Source: Mytilus californianus
Lineage: Eukaryota
Direction of reading: 5' to 3'
Assembly (NCBI RefSeq): GCF_021869535.1
Contig: NW_026262734.1
Span: 23,870,001-23,934,000 of the forward strand
DNA length: 64,000 nucleotides
The translations under genes were made by a program, and so were the position numbers. The first letter of the stretch is position 1. Every line of letters begins with the position of its first letter. The notes beneath the pieces were generated by a model. That model did not search any database and was not told where the DNA came from. It saw only the letters and a list, made by a program, of their open reading frames with translations. Shown here in pieces: positions 45,806 through 60,059 of this stretch.

Positions 45806-47412
45806 TTTAATACCTATAAATAGATCTTCAGAATTTTTCTATTTTTTTGTTATAGTTGGAAAAAACGTATAGTGACCCCATTTTTTTTCTGATATTCCAA
45901 AAGTATTTTATAAGGGCTATCTTTTTTATTTTCAAATTCTGTCAATTAGTTTACCCTTTGTCCCCATTATGATGCTTTTTTATCTATACAAAATGTGTAA
46001 TTTTTTCACAAGCTGTAAACAAAAGCTCGGAGACCTATCATTTTATTACATTTTTGAACATATAACAACTTGATAATTATATACTACATTTTGGCTTATT
46101 TTTTTATACTCTCATACCATCTTAAGAATTAAAATAATTTTAATCGTTTTCTTCAGAATTGTTTACTAATATTTAAGGTCGTACAGTGACAAGTGAAAGT
46201 TCACATCTTAGTTCTGTTTTTTATGGACAATCTTCACAATGACAACTCATCATCGTATTACCACAATTCTTGCTATATAAAAAAGTAAAAATAAAAACCC
46301 AACTTGAAAGTATCATGAATGGTAGAAGGGTCGGTTTGGTTCTAAATTATACTTTGGTCCCAAAAACATGGCGGATATACGACTTATTTCACAAAGACAA
46401 ACAACATTTTAAAAAAATATTACATAGGAAACTATAAAGACTGAGCAACACAAATTTAACCAAACAAGGGTGGGTGGGGTGGGGCTTGATTTCAGGTGCA
46501 TCCTGTTCCACATGTGACACCAGTCTTTTTACTCTGGTAAGTGAAATGCTTTAACCTGGGAACAGTATATCTATATATATATCAATTTATATGTTCCTGC
46601 TTTAACTTAACTGGAAGATTGTGCCGTATTATTGGAATAAAACTATCATTTTAAGATTAACTTTTTAATCGCTCTCAACATATGTTTTGCCTATTAACAT
46701 AATATTTCTGCTTGACAATACAAACCACAATTTTAAATCGACGGATCATAAATTTTCCCTTTAAGTAATCAGGGCTGTTATTTCTATACCAAAAATTAGT
46801 ACATGTAGATCACACAGTAAGTTGGTTATTAGATGAATTTATAATTGGTTATTGGATGAAGCATGAAAAAGTCACATGACAATAAAATGGATGTAGTGCG
46901 GCAGATTTTGAAATTTTTTTTCAAATATTCACCACTATAATCCGTAATGGCTTCGTATGCTGATTATTTATACGGACAGGATTTTTAACATTACCATTTG
47001 TCTGACATCGACACTTAAATTTCGGACTCATCAACAGAGGTAAAAAGACACAGGCACTTGTTTTATGTTTATATTCTTTATTATCATGATATAAATGGAT
47101 AGTAGACATTCCCAATCCCATGGATAGAAACACGCGCCTGTGTAAAAAGACGGTTATGGCCAACCATTTTTCCAAGGATTCTGTAAAAACATCCAAATCA
47201 GAAAAAAACTGCCCTGGACTCAAAATATGTAAAGCCTAAAGGGATAAGCTATAAACCCCTGGTCGTGTCTTGCGAACACCTTAATAATAGACTAAATATG
47301 AGATTGAATAACAAAACCTGTTTTTAATGCATAGTGATACATGAATATATAATGGACGACTTTCAAAATCGTGCACTTTTCTGTACATTTCCTATGTCAT
47401 GTATGTCACAAT

Positions 47413-48332
47413 CAGGCCTGGGGTAATGGTAATTTGTAATTACAATGCATTGTAATATTACATTTTTTTGATGTAATGCAAAGTAATTTGTAATGCACAT
47501 TTTCTGCATTACAATTACATGTAATGTAATGATTACTTTAGTTAAAAATCAATGTAATGCCTCCATTACTGTACATTACTTTTCATTACAAATTGGTAAA
47601 ATACATAAAATTGAAGAATATAGTAAAATAAAAATATTAACAAAAACAAAAGAAAATATTGAATAACATTATTGTCACAGTTAATTACTGTATTAAATCA
47701 TTATAGATAGTTTGCCCTTAAAAAATCTTCTAAAAATAATTATTAAACAAAACTATATAGATGAATGGACAAAATATGAAGATGAAATTTTCATAATTCT
47801 ATACACACCTTACATGTATTTCAATGAAAGGTTGAATATGTCAATCAACATTTTTACACCAAACTGTGGTTGTTATTTTACCTAATTAATATCAAAATGT
47901 TTTTATTGCAATCAAATCTTCTCAACTTATGTTTGTCCTCTCAGAGCCCTTTGGCATTTAACAAGATAATCCTTTAATTGCACATTTATTATATCCCTTT
48001 GAAATCCCTTTATGATGTCTTAATGATTAAGTGATCAATGTTAGAAACAAAATTATATGATAATTTATTTATTTTTCAAGTATTTGAAGCAAATGTCACT
48101 AACACTGTATATATATGTACATATACCCCGGTAATATTTATCAATTTCTTATAAAAATCTGTTTTTTAAATGTTTTTATATTGAAAAAGTAATGTGTAAT
48201 GTAATGCATTACACAGGCAAAGTAATTGTAATGTAATGCATTATATGTGAGAAAAAATGTAATTGTAATGGAAGAATCACAAAGTAATTGTAATGTAATG
48301 CATTACATTGCAATGTAATGGCCCCAGGCCTG
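47413..48332. mobile_element. hAT-type MITE
   Basis: 11-bp TIR caggcctgggg/ccccaggcctg, (GTAAT)n subterminal repeats, and a perfect 8-bp TSD gtcacaat (47405-47412 and 48333-48340). Confidence 0.9.
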
Positions 48333-48896
48333 GTCACAATGCTTGTGTTATTACATTTCAATAAGAACTGATTGTTTAATTAAGGCAATTACACAGACTG
48401 ACCGTGGGTCAACCAGTGTAACTCATTCATAAAAAACAACAAGAGATTAGTGTATTTTAATTAGCTTTAATTAATTCTGGATTTACAAAGAAAAATATTA
48501 AAAAGTGCAGATACATTGCGGGCTAGCATTATTACCCTTTGTTTGCTGGTTACCATGGTTCAAGGACTCTGCAAGATAACTAGCAATGTAGCAAAAATGA
48601 ATTGTTGTTTTTTAAATACATGTAACATACATACATGTACAAAAGTAATGCTGTTTTCCCATAAAACATAGTGACAATAAAGAATGTATATTGTCCTCAT
48701 TCAAATCAATTTAAAATGCTTTTCTCTTTAACATGTTTAAGGGGCAATCTTGAATTTATCAAACATGTCCAAATAAGTTGTTGGTTACACCAGGAACATA
48801 ACCTAAATCTTTCAGCTTCTTTCATGTCTTTAATTCTGAAGTTTCCATTCACAAATGACCAACAAAGTGGGGGAGGACAAACAGTATATTGAACAA

Positions 48897-49031
48897 ATAT
48901 ATCATGTTATGGAGGGTTATTTGCGAAAAATACCAGTTGAGGGACTGTTAAATTTCCCGAGCCGCTAGTCAAGGGAAATTTGGTCCCAAGACTGGTATTT
49001 TTCGCAAATGCCCCTCCATAACATGATATAT
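48897..49031. mobile_element. Short MITE with long TIRs
   Basis: atatatcatgttatggaggg..atttgcgaaaaataccagt versus actggtatttttcgcaaat.ccctccataacatgatatat. Confidence 0.75.
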
Positions 49032-49242
49032 CTGTTTAATTACACCGAATAGATTTTGATTGAAACTCTCTGTACTGGTGAAATGATATATTATTTTACT
49101 AGTAAGATGTAATTCATAAACATGTTTATGTATAATTTTGAGGATAAGTAGAGACTATCATTATACCTTGGGAATTATACATGTACTTATACCATGTTAT
49201 ACGCGTTAGCGCTGTCTTTATTTCACGTCATATTCGAATAAT

Positions 49243-49379
49243 TTTGGCGGGAATAGGCTCGCGAGGATAAAAAAGGAATATCTTTAGTATAATTATTTGT
49301 GATATGCAGTCACTGACCATATATCGCCTTGTTTATTACGTTGACAATGCGTTTCCGTAGAGTTTTATTTATGACGTCA
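49243..49379 (+). promoter_or_regulatory. Putative SLX1 promoter motifs: E2F-like site and CRE
   Basis: TTTGGCGGGAA at 49243-49253 and TGACGTCA at 49372-49379, ~300-440 bp upstream of the ATG in a locally CpG-richer patch. These are motif matches only. Confidence 0.4.
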
Positions 49380-49685
49380 TTAAAAAGTACAGGTTCCCGA
49401 AATTTTTTACTTCGTTCGCTCCAAATTAAAAAATGATGGTTTTTACCCGAAATATTTCATTTGGAACAGTTGTAGGAGTTGCAGTATATACAGAATAACC
49501 AAAGCCTTGCTTCCTACCTGTGTCTAAGCCTTGTACAAATAAAATTTATATTTCGAGACAATGTATGGTTATTCTATATTTATTATAAACAATAAAATCA
49601 ATATTGTGAATTTGTAAACAATGGGTTTGATTTTTTTGTATAATATTTCAACACATTCAAGGTGTTTTTTACAGAAAATACAAAG

Positions 49686-52600
49686 ATGGTGCAAGAAATT
49701 GAAAACTTTTATGGAGTTTATTTACTTTACAATGTAAATCCAAAGTTCAAAGGTCGTACATACATAGGATTCACAGTAAATCCAAATAGGAGAATTCAAC
49801 AACACAATAAAGGTCGACATGCAGGAGGGGCATGGAGAACACATGGAAGGGGTCCATGGTAAGTAATAGCTGGATCAGGGACTACATGCCTTTGATCCCG
49901 GAGGGTCATAGAAAACACATGGCAGGGTTCCATGGTAAGTCATAGCATAGATATAAGAAGATGTGGTATGAGTGCCAATGAGACAACTCTCCATCCAAGT
50001 CAAAATTTATAAAAGTAAAGCATTATAGGTCACAGTACGGTCTTCAACACGGAGCCTTGGCTCACACCGAACAGTAAGCTATAAAGGGCCCCATAAATTA
50101 CTAGTGTAAAACCATTCAAACGGGAATAACTATTCTAAATATTCTTAGATTGAGACAAAGGAAATAAGTAGTTATCTTAGTACTTGACTTTCATTGTTAC
50201 ATGTACATTATGTCTTGATGAATTTTAATTTTTTTTTTTAAAAGTGTTTTTCTTATTTTCATGGGATAAATCTTAATACTATAAAAGTTGTCTCCACTTT
50301 GTAAAATAGTTGACTATGTCATAACTGATAAATCATATACAGGATATATAAAATTGAAAGAACAATTATACTGCAAAAAACTATTGTTTTGACATTAATT
50401 TAATAAAAAATGTCTGCCATCTTGATGCTAAATTTTTGTTTTTATCTCTATCTTTTTCTTTCCAGTCCTTTATTCTTTTTATTAATTATTGCATTTCTGC
50501 AATATCATTCCATTACATTTTGTTTTGGTTTAGTTTATGGTGAGTTTCCTACTTATCATTTTTTATGCTTCTATATGTTGGTGAAATGTTTTTCTTTAGT
50601 ATTTTTTATACATATGGAGAATAATCAGATATTACTATTACATTTTTTTACGGTCATGTTATGTGCTAGTGTATTTATCGACATCATATCATGTGTGCTA
50701 TGGAGGAATTAACTGTTAATTGCCAAGGTTTGGGAGATCAAGTTAAAAGAAGAGATGTTTTTAACTATTTAAGAACAAAGAATTACAATATTTACTGTTT
50801 ACAAGATACTCATTTCTTATGTGAAAATGAAAATAATATAAGAGCTATGTGGGGATATGATAGTTTTTTTTCATCATATAGTTCAAATTCAAGAGGTGTA
50901 GCAGTTATGTTTAATAACAACTTTGAGTTTAAGGTCCTAAAAGAAAAAAAACATGTTGGTGGCAATTATTTAGTATTAGACTTAGTTGTTGATACTTTAC
51001 ATTTTACACTTGTAACTATTTATGGACCAAATATAGATAATCCAATTGTTTATGATCAAATTATGTCAATTATAGATGATTTTGGTAATGATAGCTATAT
51101 GATATGTGGTGATTTTAATCTTGTTCTCAACCCTGATATAGTTATTTTAACTATTTACATGTAAATAACCCAAATGCTCGGGGAAAAGTTTTAGAAATCA
51201 TTGAGGAAAGGTGTCTCATTGACCCTTTCCGAGAACTTTACCCAGATTTGAAACGTTTCACATGGAGAAAAAGAACCCCCTTTAAACAAGCAAGGCTAGA
51301 TTTTTTTCTTGTGTCTGAAAATTTATTATGCTGTTTGAATAATTGTAATATTGAGCCTAGCTATCGCTCTGATCATTCTATGGTTATATTAAATCTAGAA
51401 TTTAATCCATTTGATCGAGGTAGAGGATTGTGGAAATTTAATAATTCATTATTGTATGATCCAGAATATATAAAGATTGTTAAAGAAAAAATAGTAGAAG
51501 TTAAAAAACAATATGTAAGGCCTGTTTATGATATAGATAGAATTGAAGACATAAATAATGAAGATCTCCATTTTAATATTAACAGTCACTTATTTCTTGA
51601 GACAATGTTGATGGAAATTAGAGGCAAAACTATATCTTATTCAAGTTATAAGAAAAAAGTAAAAGAAAAACAAGAGAAAGATCTTAGGAATGAAATCCTA
51701 ATTTTGGAAGAAAAGGTAGATGAAGGTTCAATAAAGATTTTGGAAAATAGAAAATATGAATTAGAAAATATAAGAAAAGAAAAAATTAAAGGGAAAATAA
51801 TTCGATCAAGAATACAATGGGTAGAAGAGGGTGAAAAACCTACTAGCTATTTTTGTGGGCTAGAATCAAAAAATTTTACAAATAAGATAATACCAAAAGT
51901 AGAAAAAGAAAATGGAGATGTAATTTCAAAACAAAAAGATATTTTGAAAGAAGTGAAATCTTTTTATGAAAATTTATATAAAAATAAAGATCAGTCAAAG
52001 GGAGATAAATTCAGTAAACTTGAAGAAGGATTGAAAGATATAAAGTTTAAAAAAATTAACTGATGATGAGAAAAATAATCTTGAAGGCAAAATAACAATT
52101 GAAGAAGCTGGTTTGATATTGAAAAATATGAAAAATAATAAAACACCAGGATCTGATGGTTTCTCCACAGAGTTCTTTAAATTTTTTTGGAAAGATTTGA
52201 AAATTTTTGTTGTAGACTCCTTGAACTACAGTACTGAGATTGGTGAACTATCTGTTACGCAAAACAAGGAATCATTACATGCCTGCCGAAAGGAAATAAA
52301 CCTAGACATTTCTTAAAAAATTGGTGACCTATATCTTTATTAAATACAGTTTATAAAATTGGCTCTGGAGTAATAGCAAAACGCTTTAAAACAGTTTTAG
52401 ATAAACTGATAGATTTCGATCAAACTGGATTTATTAGTGGGAGATATATCGGAGAAAATCTTCGTTTAATTTATGATATTATGCAATTTACTGAGGAAAA
52501 AGACATTCCAGGACTTTTATTGCTCATAGATTTCGAAAAGGCATTTGATTCAATTTCTTGGGAATTTTTAACCAGTGTCTTGAAGTTGTTCAATTTTGGA

Positions 52601-55600
52601 GAATCAATAATTAATTGGGTTAAAATTTTTTATAACAATATTAAATCAGCTGTTAATCAGGGAGGACATCTATCAGAATTTTTTTCGTTAGAACGAGGCT
52701 GTAGACAAGGTGATCCCTTGTCGCCTTATATTTTTATTCTCTGTGCTGAGATATTAGCACTAAAAATACGAAATAATGATAAAATAAATGGCATTACAGT
52801 TACTCAAGCTGAGCAAAAACTTTCACAATTTGCTGATGACACATCTCTTATTTTAGATGGTAAAGAAGAATCTTTGAATGAAGCATTAAATGAATTAGAT
52901 TGGTTTGGAAATATATCTGGTTTAAATATTAATTTTTCTAAAACACAAGTTATTTGGATAGGAAATAAAAAGTATAGTAATTAGGTATTATGCCAAAATA
53001 GAAACCTTACATGGGGAGAAACATGTTTTAAGTTATTAGGTATAAGCTTTGATGTTAATCTTGATAGAATTGTAAAAATTAATTATGATGAAAATATTGT
53101 AAAAATAAAATGTGTAATTAAACAATGGTCAAAACGAAATCTTACTGTTATTGGTAGAATAACTGTTGTAAAGACATTGATATTGCCTATTTTAAATCAT
53201 TTGTTTATATCCTTACCAAATCCAAGTGATGATATTTTAAAAAATGTTATTGAACTTATGTACAATTTTATATGGAGTTCACCAATTGATAGAATAAAGA
53301 GAGATGTTTTACAAAATGGTATTGAAGATGGTGGACTCAAAGCGATAAATCTTAGTGCATTTATTTTAGCACTGAAGTGTACATGGATAAGGAGATTATT
53401 CAAAACAGACAACAAATGGTAGAATGTTTTTTTGTCAAATGTTCATGTAGAACTTGAAAAATTTTATGGTTGTGGAAGTGTTTATATACAAAAATTACAA
53501 CAAAATATCAAAAATAAATTTTGGCAAGATGTTCTGAAAGCATGGCAACTTCTCAGAGAAAAAGATGAATATGACAGTTGGGAATGCTTTCTTGCTAGTC
53601 CAATCTGGCTTAACAATAATATAAAGGTAGCAAATAAACCTATTTTTTATAAAGATTGGTTTGAAAATGGTATAAGATTTATTAATGATATTGTAAATGA
53701 AGATGGGACTTTTTTCTCTCATCAAAAATTAGAAGAAATGTATCAGATAAATGTGAATTTCATGAGATATAATAGTATTATATCTGCTATACATCAAGAA
53801 TCAAAATCATTTGTGGGAAAAAATCACAAAGTAGAACTACCTTTAATTTCATCTGCTATTAAAAGACTTGTTCAAAGTTCAAAAGGATCTAAAGATATGT
53901 ATATTGTTTTAAATAAAAATAAAAGTGTTCCCACTAGTCAGTTAAGATGGACTGAAATTTTTGGCTTTGATCAAAATCATTGAAAAAAAATTTATAAAAT
54001 GCCTTTTGTTGTCACAAATAAAACTAAGTTACAGTGGCTACAGTATAGATTCAATCATCGAATCTTAGCTACAAACAAATTTCTTCATAAAATTAAGATT
54101 TATGATACCGGTAATCCAAATTGTACATTTTGTAATAGAGAAATTGAAACATTAGAACATTTATTTTGGGAATGTGAACATACACAATTATTATTAGAAC
54201 AGATTGAAAATTGGTTTCTGACCAATGGGATTAGTGTACCATTTACAAAAGAAGTTTTTTTGTTTGGTAACATTGCAAAAATATCAAAAGGCAATGCAGA
54301 AAATACTCTTTTTCTTACCATAAAGCAATATGTTTATAATACCAGATTCTTTAAAAAAGAAACTGTCAATAAACTCAATAAAGGGGAAGATGAAATATGT
54401 TTATGCAATTGACAAAAATATTGCTATGAAAAACAAATGTGAACATCAGTTTCTCAGAGAATGGAATATTTTTGATAGATTACTTAGTTAAGTACAAAAA
54501 TGTATATACTTTACATTTAATATTATACATGTTACAAATGAAAATGCTGTATTTACTATACTAAAATAGAATTCAATGTCTAGATGAATTGTATTGAAAA
54601 CTCACCACACTATTCTCTCTCACTCTCTTTCTCTCTCTATTTCTCTCTCTCTCTCCGGTGTTCAGACTGCTTTACTCTTTATCTTATATTTGTATATTGG
54701 AAAAAAAAAAAAAAAATTGCTTCCTAATAAAAAGATGTATTTGATTAGATAATATCAATAGATTTATATATTATATATTGTTGTTATTTGTGTATATTAT
54801 GTTGTAAATTGGAAGTTATAAATAATAAAAATAAAAAAAAAAAAGTCATAGCATAATCAGGGACTACATGTAGGAAGGGTATGGAGAACACATTAAAGGG
54901 GTCCATGGTACATGTAAGTAATTACAGGATTAGGGACTACATGTAGGAAGAGCATGGAGAACACGTTAAAGGGATCCATGGTATATATAAGTAATTACAG
55001 GATCAGGACTACATGCAGGGATGGCATGGGGAACAAATGAAAGGGGTCCATGGTAAGTCATATCAGGATCAGGGACTACATGTAGGAGGGGCATGAAAAT
55101 CACATTGAAGCACAGTGGTGTACTACTGAAATGAAGGTAGGACCCATGGTAAGGTGTAACTCAATAAAAGTTAAAATACAGGAGGGGTGTGGGGAACACA
55201 TAGAAATGGTTTATGGAAAGACATGATAAAATTTATTATTAAGTTCAGTATGCAGAATGGGCATGGGTAATACCTGTAAAGGTTCAGGGTAAGATATTAC
55301 ACCATACAATTAGTAAATATTTTGGTTTCTGTTTTGTCAATATGAATAAAAAGAGGGGTCGACTAAGGTATATACACTAATGAGACAGAAACCCTACTTC
55401 ACAACAACAACAAAATAAATCTCAAGGTTAATAGGTGGTATATCAACACAAGAAACTTGAAATTTACATTTGAAAGGAACTCTATTGGATAGACTTACAT
55501 CATTCAAGGTATATCTGTGGATATGCACATCTTAAGGGTAATTTACATTTAATTTTGACTAATTTTTGAGACTTCCAGTATTGCTGTTACAAAACATTTC

Positions 55601-58375
55601 CATTTTAAATTTATTAAGCAGAAGTTTTTTTACAGTTACAGTAAAGAGGACACAGAAGGGATAATTGTATGTGCAAATCAAACCAGGTTTTAAATTGTGT
55701 ATTGAAAATGTAAAAAATTTATGCATTCATAATCTACATATATGATTAATAACTTATCACAAAAATACGATATATTAATTGTCTTTCTATTTTGAATTTT
55801 ATAAAAGTTCTTTTTCTCGTTTTGTAGGGAAATGGTTTTGATTATCCATGGTTTTCCGAATGAAATATCTGCTCTTAGAGTAAGTACTTTAAAATGGATG
55901 AACTCTATTTTTTTTCATATGTTTCAAAATATTTTGTTACACATATCATGCACATATATATTTGTTTAATTTTTCTTTTTAGTCAATATACTGTCCTTTG
56001 ATAGTTCTTTATTAGAAAATCAAGAGTGTGATCATGAATTTTTCCTGTGCATATTGTAGATATTTGACAAAGTTATTTTGCAAAGTGGTAATTTAACATT
56101 TTCTTTTCAAAGTTTGAATGGGCCTGGCAACATCCTGACAAATCAAGAAGACTCCGACATCTTCCTGGAAAAAAGAAAAAGGAAACCCCATTCCTTTTTC
56201 GGTTCAGAATAGTATCAGAAATGTTAAGAAGTGGACCGTGGAATAGACTTGCACTAACAATCAGATGGTTAAAACAGGAATATATTACAGATTTTGCACC
56301 TGACATTAAACCACCAGTTCATATGCCAATAGCTTATGGTTTAGTGAAGGTGAAAAAGGTTGGATCTGATACAGGCAGGAGTAAGAAGGGAGACAATTCA
56401 GAAAAAGAAGCAGTAGATGATGATTTAGTTAATCTTTCACAATGTGGTAACAAGTATCCAAGATGTAGTGTTTGTAATAAAAGAATACAGGTATATGGAG
56501 CACTTGTTTTAAAAGATATGTATAATATAATATATTGGGTGTGTTCTTATGAGACGGCAATCCTATAACACAAAAACCAAGACATTTATATTTGTTATAT
56601 ACTAGTATTTCATGGGATTTTTTTTGTCTCGTGTACATTCATGGCATCATACTTTGGCATGAATGATTTCAAATTGTAAATAAATGAATCAGTGAAAGCC
56701 ATAAAATATAAATGCAAAGTAGATGTAAAAGTAATGTTTTAAGGAATGCATCTGATTAATTGCCTTCACCATGTTCACCCGAACACAATTTATTGCATTT
56801 TTGAGTTATATTATTTTCAGATGTTCAAATAACAGTGGTGTCTTATAATGCTTTCTATTTCAATTCTTAAAATTAGGTAAAGATTGAAGATTAATGATTG
56901 ATTCCTATTTCAGGCAGAAGATCATACATTAAAATGTGTTCATCCAAAATGTCAGATGGTATCCCATACATTATGTTTAGCCAATAAATTTCTGTCAGAC
57001 AAAGGAACAAAGAATGAAGTTTTACCAGTTGATGGTACCTGTCCCAAGTGTAAGGGTGCTGTGTTGTGGGGTGATTTAGTGAGACTCAAGACAGGATGTT
57101 ATCAGAATCTGGAAGAGGTAAGAAGAAATTAAGACTCAAATTGCCAGGGTAATGGATATCTTGTTTTGAGAATTTAATTGCAGAATGTTTAATTTAATTA
57201 TTGATTCACAAGATTTATGATTATAAATGTCTCGCCTGCAAAAAGTTTTGTCACAAGCAAGACATCGTGATCCTGCATTCTGTCATCATTGTATCATCAA
57301 CACTTAGCTTCAGACTGTTACAGTTAGAAGTTGTTGTTTTAGACATCAATAACTTTGATAAACCCTCATGGAATGTTATGAAATTTAGACAGAACCTCCT
57401 TCCAGATCAAGCATTTAGAGCAAAATTTTAAAATGACTATGTAGTGATACCAGCTCATATGAGCCTTTAATTTACTTATGTTCTACTTTTCATGTATATA
57501 TTGTATGTACAGTACACACAAGGGCATTCAATCAAAAATCGCTCTTTGTTGTGAATTTTCACTGTGAATGCTGGTAATGTTTGATGGTTCACTTAGAAAT
57601 ATACCAACCCTGCTAAGGTATAGAAATATGGTTATCAATTGGTCTTCTTCTGACCAACAGTAAAACAATTGCTAAAATGGGGTATCTGATTTTTGGAGTG
57701 CAGGGTGTATAAATTTGCAGCAACTTCACATCAGAATGGGGATGTTAAATCTGACAGACTGCCACACTGTCTGCAGGTTAAGAACCCTTTCAAAAACTCT
57801 CTGAGGGGTCATTAGGTGACCTGTTGCAAGGCCACATTTCTGCGTAATTTATTCTCATCCTGAATCTGCATGAAATATTTGTCGCTGGATGTAAACCAAA
57901 CAACAATCAACCAATTTTATTTGTTTTACATGAAAGGGTCATAAATCAGAATGTTGTCTCATAATTAAAGTGATTCATTTTAAACCAACAAGAGATCATT
58001 ATCAGGGTAATATGAACAAACTATAGACTATAACAGGCAATGAAATCTAACATGTACTGTCATAATATGTATAAATGTATAAATTTGGTAAATGCTGTGT
58101 TGTTGAAGTCTTAAAGTCAAATATTATATATATGCATACATGAATTAACTAGAAAAAATTATTATGAATGTGAGAAGAATTTAGGACAGTTTGTAGAAGT
58201 TGATGCCAGTGGACTTGAATTTGCTGGTTTGTGTAAAGCTTCTTGTAACATAAAAGTTACTAGATAATATAATAGTACAAAAAAACCACTAAATGTTTTT
58301 TTTTAGTGTGGAAGCTCTGATGATGAAGAAAATGAAGATCATTGGGCCAATGAACTACAAACTCAAATCCCATGA
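49686..58375 (+). CDS. SLX1: Structure-specific endonuclease subunit SLX1 (GIY-YIG plus RING-like), 291 aa
   Basis: Exons 49686-49858, 55828-55879, 56113-56490, 56914-57117 and 58307-58375 give [75 protein letters not shown]...LWGDL. Confidence 0.95.
50126..54844 (+). mobile_element. L1/Tx1-clade LINE, ORF2 nearly complete but broken by stops and frameshifts, in SLX1 intron 1
   Basis: APE endonuclease ([32 protein letters not shown]), RT ([28 protein letters not shown]), a C-terminal CCHC (CTFC..HLFWEC), an A-rich tail, and a 13-bp TSD aagtcatagcata. Confidence 0.92.
54856..55300 (+). repeat. Degenerate ~70-bp tandem array made of the SLX1 exon-1 3' end plus 5' splice site (continues from 49880-49949, split by the LINE)
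   Basis: Units like gggactacatgtaggaagggtatggagaacacattaaaggggtccatg|gta.. echo the real gtcgacatgcaggaggggcatggagaacacatggaaggggtccatg|gtaagt. Copied GT donors lie at 49935, 54908, 54981, 55053 and 55149. Confidence 0.88.
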
Positions 58376-60059
58376 CTGCCTTAAATTCATGTCACATGCT
58401 CCTAACAGGATTAAGATCAATGGAGTTAAATGAAACACATTCCTTCACAGTACAATCTACTGGAACATGTGTGAGTAAAAAAGAGGAATTATATGGATTA
58501 ATAGTTGTGCTTTAAGTACCACATGAAAACATTTCAATGTTAGAATTAAGGACATTAGAAGATATTTTACAAAGGATATTAGATATTGATTTGAAACACC
58601 AACATATGTTGTTAGAATATTGTTCATCCACATATTTGCAGTAACATGTTTTACCATTACAAAATTAATGAAAAATCCATTGAACAACAGTTAGTGTAAG
58701 TCTTAAGGATATATGTAGACTTTGCAGAAGTTCTTAAGAAATAAATGTTATGTTTTAAGAATGCTAGGAGTCTAACTGTATTAAAAGTTAAGTCATATGC
58801 TGTTCAGCGATCATTTAGTTCATTTCTTTATTTAGAGAATAAACATACATTATGTGACAGCTACAAGCTAGGTGACTGAATTTTAAGAGGCTCAAATTAT
58901 CTTTTAATCACTTTTAATGAGCTGTAGTTACATTTTTTAACTTAAAAAAGACAATGTAGTGTATTAGAGCTTTACATATTGTAAATATAGACACATGTCT
59001 GTTGTTGTCTGAGACTATATGTTGTCAGCTAGTTGTCTTATTGTTATTTTTGTCTTTGGGTTGCTGTCTCATTGAGGTTCACCTTAACTCAAATAGAATT
59101 CTTCAAGCAAGAAATGCATTCAATACTCTTTAGTTAATTAACCTGTGGAAATTGGTCCCTTGACACAGTGTTAAATTTGTTCAGTCAGAACTTGCAGTTC
59201 TCAGAATGACATTATGGGAAACAGTCCTTGGTATGGTAGAACTGGTGAGTTTTGAGTTATGTGTTTTACCTTTATATAACATGGTGACATAATAAACCAT
59301 ATACTGTTCCCAGGTACGCTTCAAAGGAAAATTATCAATGTTCACATAAAGAAAAAGAAATCTTGTAGTTCATTAAAGACTGCAATTTTTTTTAGAGTTC
59401 AGCCATAATTTTTTCGAGATTTGTTAGCTTAAGTTAATGTGACAAATCCTAACTGGTTCATGGTCCAAAGTCATATAACCTATGCAAAATTAAAAATAAA
59501 CTAAGGGGGCTATACAAAATCCATCAATGGAAAAAGACATGACATAATGGCCAAAAGAAAGAAGATGAAATAACAAACAACAGTCCCCAAAAAATTACAC
59601 AGAAAACTTACTAAAGGCTCCCAGTGGCCTGAATCACTCAATTGGAAAAAGTATGCAACAATGGTAACCATCCTGTGAAGAACCAATTGACGATTTCTGA
59701 CTGAGGGGCGTAGCTAGACTAGTATTTGAGTGTAGGCGCCCTTCGCCGAGCGGAGCGAGTCGAAACATTTTTGGACCATTTTATGTAGAAAATAATTTTC
59801 GATGTATACGCAACCTCGTTTTTGCGTACGGGTTCCAAATATGACCTTTTCAAAACACCACGATTACCCTGAGCAATTACTATTTTCTTGGGAAAAACAT
59901 TTATATCCAAATTGAAAGTCACTCAGAAGGAATATATATTTGTAGATCACTCTTTTAGTGTATATATATATATATATTATACCAGTGACCGCTAGTAAAG
60001 TTCTTTAAAAGGCGTCAGACTAAATGGCCAAGTTCGATAACTAATGCAAGACAAGCAAT

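Noticed and set aside
46468-46484. Canonical G-quadruplex motif GGGTGGGTGGGGTGGGG; also a G-run cluster at ~42050-42170
   Set aside because: Both lie in decayed repeat sequence, intergenic or intronic, with nothing suggesting function.
46921-47223. 100-aa minus-strand ORF and nearby splice-like signals
   Set aside because: It has a non-ATG start and no recognisable domain, and no consistent exon chain could be built.
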